Assembly: GCF_028435265.1 (NCBI RefSeq)
Contig: NZ_JAGTJK010000012.1
Coordinates: 102,900-166,899 of the forward strand
Reading direction: 5' to 3'
DNA: 64,000 nt
Source: Polyangium jinanense
GTDB taxonomy: Bacteria; Myxococcota_A; Polyangia; Polyangiales; Polyangiaceae
This document shows positions 1 to 7,500 of the stretch, in pieces. The notes below the pieces were generated by a model. That model had not been told where the DNA came from, searched no databases, and worked only from the letters and a program-made list of their open reading frames with translations. Every line of letters begins with the position of its first letter. The first letter of the stretch is position 1. Made by a program: the position numbers and the translations under genes.

Positions 1-136
1 CGGCGGGCTCGGGCGCGAGGAGCGGGGCGTTCGCTTGCGAATCGGACTTCGGCGTGGGGGAGCACGCGGCGAAGCCGAGGAGGGCGAAGCGGGCGAGGGA
101 CCGGGGCGCGAATCGAGGGGCCGAGGGGAAGGCCAT
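1..136 (-). CDS. Lipoprotein precursor, N-terminal part only; the gene runs leftwards out of the window
   Basis: Not in the ORF track because there is no stop in the window. The reverse complement from the ATG at 136 reads MAFPSAPRFAPRSLARFALLGFAACSPTPKSDSQANAPLL. That gives a basic n-region, a hydrophobic core and a lipobox-like FAAC. It is divergent from the HAD gene across a 167-bp spacer. Confidence 0.4.
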   Translation of the reverse strand, partial: MAFPSAPRFAPRSLARFALLGFAACSPTPKSDSQANAPLLAPEPA

Positions 137-169
137 GTGGCCGTGAGCGTGGATCGAATCGAGCAGGCG

Positions 170-300
170 CGCTCGCGCCTTGGAGCGGCTTTTGCGTGTG
201 GAAATGGCGAATGCCTCACCGTGTTACCATGATGTCGTGAAAATGGTGTTCACGGGATTCGAGCTTTCCGTGGTAGGGTGATCTCAGAAAGGGGATCCTT
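170..300. repeat. Copy 1 (U1) of a ~130-bp upstream-region repeat, directly 5' of the HAD lipoprotein gene
   Basis: Aligns by eye with 2058..2197. Shared blocks are ggagcggcttt, gtgtggaaat, gtgttacca(t/c)gatgt, ttcac(g/c)ggattcgagctttc and (a/t)gggga. It lies in a divergent promoter region. Confidence 0.6.
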
Positions 301-303
301 GCC

Positions 304-1758
304 ATGATCAAGATTCGATCTTTTCTTCCCGTCGCGCTCGTTGTGGGGATGGCGACGCTCTCGGCGGCTTGCACGGACGAGGGAGAGAACGGCTCCGGAG
401 GCAACGGGGGAGCAGGCGCGACCGGTGGCACGGGCGGTACGGGCGGCACCGGTGGAATGGGCGGCACGGGCGGAATGGGCGGGGCCGGGGGAATGGGCGG
501 CGCGGGTGGAATGGGCGGCGTCGGCGGGATGGGCGGCGCGGGAGGCGCGATGGCCGCGCCGGACCTGGATTCGAATCTGATGTGGTACGGCCAGAACCGC
601 GAAGCGCTCGACAAGATGATCGACGAGGTCGGGGTGAACAGCGCGTCGTACGATCCGGCGCAGAAGCCCGTCGCGATTTTCGACTGGGACAACACGGTCA
701 TCAAGAACGACGTGGGGGATCTCGTGTTCTTCTGGCTCGTGAAGAACGACAAGATCATGCAGCCGCCGAACAAGGATTGGCGCACGACGAGCCGTTTCCT
801 GACGAATGACGCGCGGAACGCGCTGAACCAGGCGTGCGGAGCGCTGGTCGACGCGGGGATGCCGCTGCCAACGAGCACGAACGCGGAATGCGCGGACGAG
901 ATCCTCGCGGTGTATACGACGGGGAAGACGGTGGACGCGAAGGCGGCGTTCGAGGCGTGGAACTATCGCACGATGGAGCCTGCGTACGCCTGGGCCGCAG
1001 AGGTGCAGGCGGGATACACGCCGGCCGAGATGAAGGCATTCGCGAACACGGCGATCGAAGAGGGGCTCGCCGCGGCGGAGGGGACGAAGCAGACGATCGG
1101 GACGACGTCGGTCAATGCGTACGTGCGGATCTACGAGCAAATCAACGATCTGATCGACGTGATGCAGAAGAATGGGCTCGACGTGTGGGTGATTTCAGCA
1201 TCGCCGCAGCCGAACGTGGAGGCGTTCGCGGAGCGCGTGAACGTGGGCGCGGATCACGTGATCGCGATCCGGAACCTGCTCGACGGGGCCGGGAAGCTGA
1301 CGTACGACTTCGAGGGATGCGGATCGGTCGTGGATGGGTCGGGGAACGGCGCGAATCCCGTCGGCAATACGATGATCACGTACATCGAGGGCAAACGCTG
1401 CTGGATGAACAAGGTGATCTACGGGGTGACCGGGGCCGACGCGGAGAAGCCGAACGCGGACATGAAGAAGCGGCCGGTGTTCGGCGCGGGCGACTCGGAT
1501 ACGGACATCTCGTTCCTGCACGACGCGACGGTGCTGAAGCTCGCGGTGAACCGCAACAAGAACGAGCTCATGTGCAACGCATACGCGAACTACATGAACA
1601 AGTGGCTCGTGAACCCGATGTTCATCCTCCCAAACCCGCAGAAAGCCGCGCCGTACCCGTGTGCGACGACGGGCTGCAAGGACGCGTCGGGCGCCTCCGT
1701 TTCGTGCGTGAACGAGGTGGGTGAGGGGATCCCGGATCAGATGGATACGGTGTTCTGA
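304..1758 (+). CDS. Secreted HAD-superfamily (HAD-IB/SerB-like) phosphatase lipoprotein with a Gly-rich linker
   Basis: 484-aa ORF. The signal peptide plus lipobox reads LSAAC. A GGTGG/GGMGG low-complexity linker is encoded by short tandem repeats at ~400..545. HAD motifs are FDWDNT (DxDxT), ISASPQP, and K...GAGDSDTDISFL. Confidence 0.85.
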   Translation: MIKIRSFLPVALVVGMATLSAACTDEGENGSGGNGGAGATGGTGGTGGTGGMGGTGGMGGAGGMGGAGGMGGVGGMGGAGGAMAAPDLDSNLMWYGQNREALDKMIDEVGVNSASYDPAQKPVAIFDWDNTVIKNDVGDLVFFWLVKNDKIMQPPNKDWRTTSRFLTNDARNALNQACGALVDAGMPLPTSTNAECADEILAVYTTGKTVDAKAAFEAWNYRTMEPAYAWAAEVQAGYTPAEMKAFANTAIEEGLAAAEGTKQTIGTTSVNAYVRIYEQINDLIDVMQKNGLDVWVISASPQPNVEAFAERVNVGADHVIAIRNLLDGAGKLTYDFEGCGSVVDGSGNGANPVGNTMITYIEGKRCWMNKVIYGVTGADAEKPNADMKKRPVFGAGDSDTDISFLHDATVLKLAVNRNKNELMCNAYANYMNKWLVNPMFILPNPQKAAPYPCATTGCKDASGASVSCVNEVGEGIPDQMDTVF

Positions 1759-1773
1759 TCGCGGAAACGAAAA

Positions 1774-1799
1774 GGGAGGGCTCCGCGCGGGGCCCTCCC
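1774..1799. terminator. GC-rich hairpin between the convergent HAD gene and the FGE fragment (candidate bidirectional terminator)
   Basis: GGGAGGGC (1774..1781) pairs with GCCCTCCC (1792..1799). It starts 16 nt after the HAD stop. There is no U-tract, which is common in high-GC genomes. Confidence 0.45.
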
Positions 1800-1806
1800 C
1801 GGGTGT

Positions 1807-2053
1807 TCACGGGTTCCGGACGCAACGAAAGCCGAGCCCGGGGACCTCGTAGGTGTGAATGGCGGCGCCGCGGAAGGCGGTCTGGATGCCGAGGTTCGAT
1901 CGATTCCAGCCGCCGCCACGCACGACGTGCACGAGCACGCCGGGCTTTTGCACGTGGGGATCCGTGACGGCGTCGGCGCCATATTTGGCATAGGTGTCGT
2001 CGCACCACTCCCAGACGTTGCCCGCGAGGTCGTGGAGCGTGCCGGTGGGCCAG
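1807..2053 (-). pseudogene. 3' fragment of the FGE/SUMF1-family gene (duplicate of the C-terminal ~82 codons of 3328..4371)
   Basis: Lies inside repeat A copy 1. It encodes ...HDLAGNVWEWCDDTYAKYGADAVTDPHVQKPGVLVHVVRGGGWN...GFRCVRNP. Homology to the intact gene stops abruptly at 2053/2054. Confidence 0.85.
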
Positions 2054-2057
2054 ATGC

Positions 2058-2197
2058 GGTCGCGCCCTGGAGCGGCTTTGGGCGTGTGGAGTGCGTGTGG
2101 AAATAGGGAATGGTTCAGCGTGTTACCACGATGTAAATAAAATTACGTTCACCGGATTCGAGCTTTCTGGCGCGGGATGACCTCTTGGGGGAGTGGG
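2058..2197. repeat. Copy 2 (U2) of the ~130-bp upstream-region repeat, 5' of the small lipoprotein ORF
   Basis: Diverged copy of 170..300, with an extra gtgcgtgtgga (a local duplication of gtgtgga). It begins right at the breakpoint of the FGE fragment. Confidence 0.6.
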
Positions 2198-2235
2198 CGC
2201 GACCAGCTGCACGAACACATATCAATTGTTCAGTG

Positions 2236-2265
2236 TTGTGGCGCATGTCTGTTCCATACTATAGT
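2236..2265 (+). promoter_or_regulatory. Candidate sigma-70-type promoter for the small lipoprotein ORF
   Basis: TTGTGG (2236..2241), an 18-nt spacer, then TATAGT (2260..2265), inside a conspicuously AT-richer patch at 2100..2360. This is a pattern match only. Confidence 0.3.
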
Positions 2266-2361
2266 TCCTTGCCTCTCTGCGAGGGCGTAGTGCTAGGTGG
2301 CACGGGGCGCAGCGCAGCCAGGTGCGGTCAGGATGATCGATAGCAGAGGACGAGGTGAATC

Positions 2362-2793
2362 ATGCCTTCGAGCAAGATCGACGCGATGATGTTCACGGTT
2401 CTCATCGGAATGGTGTCGGCAGGCTGCATCGCCGAGGACGGCTCCGTCCAAGACGAGTATGCGATGCGTGCAGAGGAAGAGGTCGAGGCGGTTGAGGAGG
2501 CCGCGCAGGCGCTCGATACATGCACGACGACCGGCGGCGGCACCTGGGGAAACATCATTACCCTCTGCAGGACGTCGAACAACAGCCTCTACGTCAAGAA
2601 ACGCGACGGTGGGGCGTTTACGTCTTCGGGGACGATGAAGCTCAAGACGTGGTTGGGTACCATCGACACGAGGCCCGTATACGTCGGACAAAAGGAGGTC
2701 TGGTTCGGCCCCCCGGGGCCGGGATGGTATTCTGCTCTCTACGAGTCTAATGCGCCCGGGACGGCTTATACGGGCGAGATTCAGGTCCAGTAA
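2362..2793 (+). CDS. Small hypothetical lipoprotein (143 aa) carried on the low-GC insert
   Basis: A gaggacgagg RBS-like purine run precedes the ATG. The signal/lipobox reads MMFTVLIGMVSAGC. An acidic stretch is followed by a Gly/Thr/Tyr-rich ~90-aa domain with 2 Cys. A perfect hairpin follows the gene. No family was recognised. Confidence 0.55.
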   Translation: MPSSKIDAMMFTVLIGMVSAGCIAEDGSVQDEYAMRAEEEVEAVEEAAQALDTCTTTGGGTWGNIITLCRTSNNSLYVKKRDGGAFTSSGTMKLKTWLGTIDTRPVYVGQKEVWFGPPGPGWYSALYESNAPGTAYTGEIQVQ

Positions 2794-2803
2794 TGATCGT
2801 CTG

Positions 2804-2832
2804 CCCAGCGCCGCTACCCAAGCGGCGCTGGG
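2804..2832 (+). terminator. Perfect 12-bp stem hairpin after the small lipoprotein ORF
   Basis: CCCAGCGCCGCT, loop accca, then AGCGGCGCTGGG, starting 10 nt after the TAA stop. Its 3' arm overlaps the start of direct repeat B. Confidence 0.55.
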
Positions 2833-3047
2833 CGGGTGGGATCAGTCGAGGCCGAGGCGCGCGCGGGCGTCGGCGTACGCGTCGCTCACCGAGAACACGA
2901 TGAGCTCGCGGGCCTCGGCATTGCGACCGATCCAGGTGAGGCGCTCCTTGCCGGACGCCGGAGGCTGGTTCGTGTGGCCGCCAGCCCAGGCAATGCCCGT
3001 GAGCGCGATGTTGGGATCACCGACCGCGAGCAAGCCCGCGCGCGCAC
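2830..3047 (-). pseudogene. 3' fragment of the giant TPR gene (direct repeat B, copy 1, 218 bp)
   Basis: Identical to 4331..4548 apart from 2 mismatches seen by eye. It encodes ...AVGDPNIALTGIAWAGGHTNQPPASGKERLTWIGRNAEARELIVFSVSDAYADARARLGLD, which is the C-terminus of the 4343..9343 protein. Confidence 0.85.
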
Positions 3048-3279
3048 GACGGTGCTGAAGCTCGCGGTGAACCGCAACAAGAACGAGCTCATGTGCAACG
3101 CATACGCGAACTACATGAACAAGTGGCTCGTGACCCCGATGTTCATCCTGCCAAACCCGCAGAAAGCCGCGCCGTACCCGTGTGCGACGACGGGCTGCAA
3201 GGACGCGTCGGGCGCCTCCGTTTCGTGCGTGAACGAGGTGGGTGAGGGGATCCCGGATCAGATGGATACGGTGTTCTGA
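3048..3279 (+). pseudogene. 3' fragment of the HAD phosphatase gene (last ~76 codons)
   Basis: Encodes TVLKLAVNRNKNELMCNAYANYMNKWLV(T)PMFILPNPQKAAPYPCATTGCKDASGASVSCVNEVGEGIPDQMDTVF. It is fused in the ORF track (2836..3279) to the antisense of the TPR fragment, so the ORF is a chimera with no HAD catalytic motifs. Confidence 0.85.
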
Positions 3280-3294
3280 TCGCGGAAACGAAAA

Positions 3295-3320
3295 GGGAGG
3301 GCTCCGCGCGGGGCCCTCCC
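3295..3320. terminator. Second copy of the GC-rich hairpin (between the HAD fragment and the intact FGE gene)
   Basis: Same sequence as 1774..1799, offset by 1521 bp. Confidence 0.45.
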
Positions 3321-3327
3321 CGGGTGT

Positions 3328-4371
3328 TCACGGGTTCCGGACGCAACGAAAGCCGAGCCCGGGGACCTCGTAGGTGTGAATGGCGGCGCCGCGGAAGGCG
3401 GTCTGGATGCCGAGGTTCGATCGATTCCAGCCGCCGCCACGCACGACGTGCACGAGCACGCCGGGCTTTTGCACATGGGGATCCGTGACGGCGTCGGCGC
3501 CATATTTGGCATAGGTGTCGTCGCACCACTCCCAGACGTTGCCCGCGAGGTCGTGGAGCGTGCCGGTGGGCCAGCTTCGCGCGCCCTTCGGATGCGAACG
3601 CACGGGCGAGGTGCCACCGCCGTGGCAGCCGGAGTCGCCTCCGGGCGAGACGAGGACACCAATGGTGAAATCGGCGTGCTCGCAGGTGGGTTCGTCGTTG
3701 CCCCAGGGCCATTTGCGTCCGTCGCCGCCGGTCGCCGCCCATTCCCATTGCGCCTCGGTGGGGAGGTCTTTGCCTTGGGCCTTGCAATACTTCTTGGCCT
3801 TGTCCCAGGAGACCTCGTTGGCGGGGTGATCGGGGCGGCGCGGATAGTTCGCAAAGACTTCGAGGGTCTTCGGCGGGTCGCAGGTCTTTTCGTCGACGCA
3901 TGGTTTCATGGCGGCGACGGTGACCTCGGTCTCGTCCATGCAAAACGGGCGCGTGAGGACGACGCGGTGCGGGCGATCGGAGTCGGGCTGGTGTCCCTTG
4001 CGGAGGCGGCGCGCGCCGCCATTCAAGGTAAAACCTTTGCCCATGACGAATCCGTCAGGGCCGGTTTTCGGGATGTAAACCTCGCCCGCAGGGCAATGCG
4101 GGACACACGCGCCCGTGGCCTCGTCGCAGCGCTCGATCGAGGCGCAGGTGACGCCAGCGCAGCGGGAAGGTTCGGGCGGGGGCGCGGCCGAGGGGAGGGG
4201 CGTGGGCGCCGGCGGCGGAGATGCCGCAGACGCGGGTGGGGTGGGCGCGGGGGAGGCGTCCGGGGAGGAGCAGGCGGCGGCCCCGAGGAGGAGGGCCGCC
4301 GCAGAGGAGAGCAGGCGCGAGGCCAAGCGAGGGCGGGTGGGATCAGTCGAGGCCGAGGCGCGCGCGGGCAT
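3328..4371 (-). CDS. Formylglycine-generating-enzyme (FGE/SUMF1) family lipoprotein
   Basis: 347 aa. The signal/lipobox reads LLLGAAAC, followed by a Pro/Ala-rich linker. C-terminal motifs GNVWEWCDD, VVRGGGWN and GFRCVRNP are typical of the FGE-sulfatase domain. Its start overlaps the stop of the upstream TPR gene by 29 nt. Confidence 0.85.
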   Translation of the reverse strand: MPARASASTDPTRPRLASRLLSSAAALLLGAAACSSPDASPAPTPPASAASPPPAPTPLPSAAPPPEPSRCAGVTCASIERCDEATGACVPHCPAGEVYIPKTGPDGFVMGKGFTLNGGARRLRKGHQPDSDRPHRVVLTRPFCMDETEVTVAAMKPCVDEKTCDPPKTLEVFANYPRRPDHPANEVSWDKAKKYCKAQGKDLPTEAQWEWAATGGDGRKWPWGNDEPTCEHADFTIGVLVSPGGDSGCHGGGTSPVRSHPKGARSWPTGTLHDLAGNVWEWCDDTYAKYGADAVTDPHVQKPGVLVHVVRGGGWNRSNLGIQTAFRGAAIHTYEVPGLGFRCVRNP

Positions 4372-4548
4372 CGGCGTACGCGTCGCTCACCGAGAAGACG
4401 ATGAGCTCGCGGGCCTCGGCATTGCGACCGATCCAGGTGAGGCGCTCCTTGCCGGACGCCGGAGGCTGGTTCGTGTGGCCGCCAGCCCAGGCAATGCCCG
4501 TGAGCGCGATGTTGGGATCACCGACCGCGAGCAAGCCCGCGCGCGCAC
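4331..4548. repeat. Direct repeat B, copy 2 (218 bp; covers the TPR gene 3' end and the FGE gene 5' end)
   Basis: See 2830..3047. Confidence 0.9.
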
Positions 4549-7500
4549 CCCAGCCGTTCACCGCGGTGTTGAGGGTCGAGGCGCGGTTGCCGATGTTGGC
4601 GATGACGTCGGTCGCGAGCGTGCGCACCTGCGGATCGAGGCTCGCCGGGAGCGCCTTGGCGACGCGCGCCGACGCATCGTTGAGCTTGGCCGGGTCGACA
4701 CCTTGCGGGGCAAACCCGGGGCTCAGCGCCTTGAGGTACGCGGCGAGCAGCGGCCAGAGGTCGATCGGCGCGGTGCGCGCGAAGGCCGTGGCATTCGCCT
4801 GGACGACCTTGAGCGCGCGGTGAACGAGGAACGTGCGGACAGCCTCGTTCGTCGCGGCCACGAGCGGCGCGCCGAGCACGATCGTCGGTGGATGCGCGCT
4901 CGCTGCGACGCACACCGAGCCGAGCGTGGACGACTGCAGCACCTTGAGATCCTCGATCCCGTAGGCGCGTGCGAGCTCCTTGATCTCCTCGGCGAGGTGC
5001 GCCTGCGGGGGCGGGAAGGGCGTCGCGCGGACCGACGTGACGTCGAACGGCACGGCCGTGTCGAGCATCGGCCCAGTGCGCTGCAGGAGGTCGCGGAACG
5101 CAGGCGTCATCACGTCGGGCGCGACCAGCTCGTCGAGCGAGAGGTCGCCGGCCGCCACGCCCGCGCCCGGAAGATCGACCGCGCCGCCGTCGAGGGCCGC
5201 CACGCTGCCACGCGCGATGCGCGCGACCTCGGGCCTTCCGCGTAGATCGGCGACGGTGGCGACGGTGCTGAAGAGGTACGGCTCGAAGCGGCCGGTGCCG
5301 AGCGCGCGGCGCGCGTCGGCGACGGCACGATCGAGCAGGACGTTCGCAGCCTGCGCCTGATCGGTGCGCTGGTAGAAGCTCGCGAGCGCGCCGAGCGCGA
5401 CGTCGTCCTTGGGCCAGGTCTTGCGCGCCTGGAGCAAGGTCTGCTCGGCCTTCTTGAGGTCGCCCATCGCCTCGTAGATCTCGGCGAGCTGCGTCGTGCG
5501 ACGGCACTTCGCCTCGGGCTCCTCGACGTTGTTGATGAGGATCGTCTGCTGCTCGAGGGCCTTCGCCGTGTCGCCGAGGTTCTTGTAGAGGTCGACGAGG
5601 CGCTCACGCGCGGGCTCGTTGTTCGCGAAGCGCTTCAAGACCTCCTGGTAGGAGAGCTCGGCGCGCTCGGCGTTCGGCAACGGTCCGTTGTAGAGGTCGC
5701 CGAGGCGCATGTAGAGCTCGGCCTGGCGCTCGGGCTCCGCGACGAGGCGCGCGAGCCGGATCCAGGCCTGCTCCGCGCCGCCCCAGTCGTCTTCCCTCGC
5801 GCAGACGTCGGCAAACGCCGTCAGAGCCTCGACGTGGTCGGGGTTCTGATCGAGCGCCGCCGCGAGAGCCTGCTTCGCCGCCGCCGCGTCGCCGACGTCG
5901 GCGAGCGCGCGGCCACGCAGGACCTCCATCTCGACACGCTCGGCCGGATCGGTGACGGCGTCGAGGCGACGTTCGAGGAGCGCGGCGAGCTCGGCCCGCG
6001 CGCCACTCGCGACGTAGATCGCCTGTAAGCGCTGGAAGACGTCGAGGTACGAGGGATCAACCGCGAAGACGCTCTCGAAGGCGCCACGCGCGCGCTCGGT
6101 CTCGCTCGTCTTGTCGGCCCAGAGGACCGCGGCGAGGTAGAGGTTGCGCACGCGCTCCTCGGCCGTCGCGCTGGTCTGCGCGGCAGCTTCGAGCGTGGTC
6201 GCAGCCCCGACGAAGTCGCCGCTCTGCTCGAGGGCGCGGGCACGTTCGAGGTGCACCACGAGGTGACCAGGCACGAGCTCGATCGCCTTTTCGAGGAGCT
6301 CGCGGGCCTTCTCGGTTTGCCCCGCACGCGTCGCGGACTCGGCAGCGCGCAGCGAGAGCGTGGCGATCTCGGAGGCGCGCTCGGTGCGGTTCGCGAGCTC
6401 GAGGTCGGCTTCGAGCGCCGTCGCCTCGTCGCCGCGCGCGCGAGCATGCGCCGCCGTTTGGCGGAGCGCCCAGAGCCCGCGAGGCTCGTTGCGATAGGCG
6501 ATCTCGACCGGCTCGCGCGTCTCGTCCCAGCCGTGGATGCGGAGGCGGAGGCGCGCGGAGAGGTGCGCATGCGCGATGGCCTCGGGGCCTTCGAGCGTCC
6601 TCGCGAGCGTGAAGACGACCGGCTCGAGCTCCTCGTCGCGGCCGCCCGCGATGAGGGCGCTCGCCACGCGGCGGAGCGTCGGCAGGTGCGTAGGCGTCTC
6701 TTCGAGGATCGTGCGGCGCCAGAGCAGGCCGCTCGCCGCGTCGCCACGGCCGATCTCGTCGAGCTCGGCGAGGCGCTCGTACGCCTGGAGCCGCTCGACG
6801 GAATCCTCCGTCGCGCGGGCGTACTGCAAGAGGCCGTCGACGAGATCACTCGTGCCATGGCCCGCGAGCGCGGCGCGGTACGCGCAGAGCGGCGCGAGGA
6901 GCGTCTCGCCCGCGGCGATGGCTTGCCGCGAGAGGGCCGCGGCCTTCTCGAGGTCGCCGTCGCGCTCGTACTCGAGCGCGGCTTCGAGCGAGAAGCGCGC
7001 GGCGTCGGAGCCCGTGGAGGCAGCCGCGCGCTCGGCACGCCAGGCCGCGCGATCCGCGGGGCGCTCCGGCGAGAGGCGCTCGTAGAGCTCGCGCAGGCCG
7101 ATGTCGTCGGGACGCGCCGTGAGCGCCTGCGCGAGCAGGCCCGCCGCATGCGCCGCGCCTTCCGGCGTGATGAGGGCTTCGCGCACGAAGTCGCGGGCCT
7201 GCTCGATCGGATCCTCGCTCGCCTGACGGCGGAGGTGGAGCCACTCGATGAGGCCGTCGCGATCGCCCACGCCGCGCGCCGTGCGCTCGCCGAGGTGCAC
7301 GGAGAGCGGGAGGCGCGCGTCGATCTCGGCCGCGCCGCGGAGGAGTTTGTCGCGTTCGTCGTCGATCGAGGTGTCGGGGACCTCGACCTCGAGCAAGCGG
7401 ATCGCCGCCTCCGTGAGCAAGAGCGCGGCGCGCGTGCCAGGCTCGATCGACTGCGCGAGGCCGGCGAGGACACTCGAAGCGGTCGCGGCGTCGGCGCCCG

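Larger units (their letters stand above)
1527..2053. repeat. Direct repeat A, copy 1 (527 bp): HAD gene 3' end, intergenic hairpin and FGE gene 3' end
   Basis: Identical to 3048..3574 apart from 3 mismatches that I could find by eye (gtgaAcccg/gtgaCcccg, atcctCcc/atcctGcc, gcacGtgg/gcacAtgg). Confidence 0.9.
3048..3574. repeat. Direct repeat A, copy 2 (527 bp)
   Basis: See 1527..2053. It abuts repeat B copy 1 with no spacer (junction 3047/3048). Confidence 0.9.

Noticed and set aside
216-878. 220-aa minus-strand ORF with (PPxPPI)n, and 250..1140(-)
   Set aside because: It is the antisense of the Gly-rich linker region of the HAD lipoprotein gene. Poly-Pro is the reverse-complement reading of poly-Gly codons.
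2836-3279. 147-aa + strand ORF
   Set aside because: It is a chimera created by the B/A' junction. Its first ~70 codons are the antisense of the TPR-gene fragment and the rest is the HAD 3' fragment without catalytic motifs. I treat it as a pseudogene scar, although read-through expression cannot be excluded.
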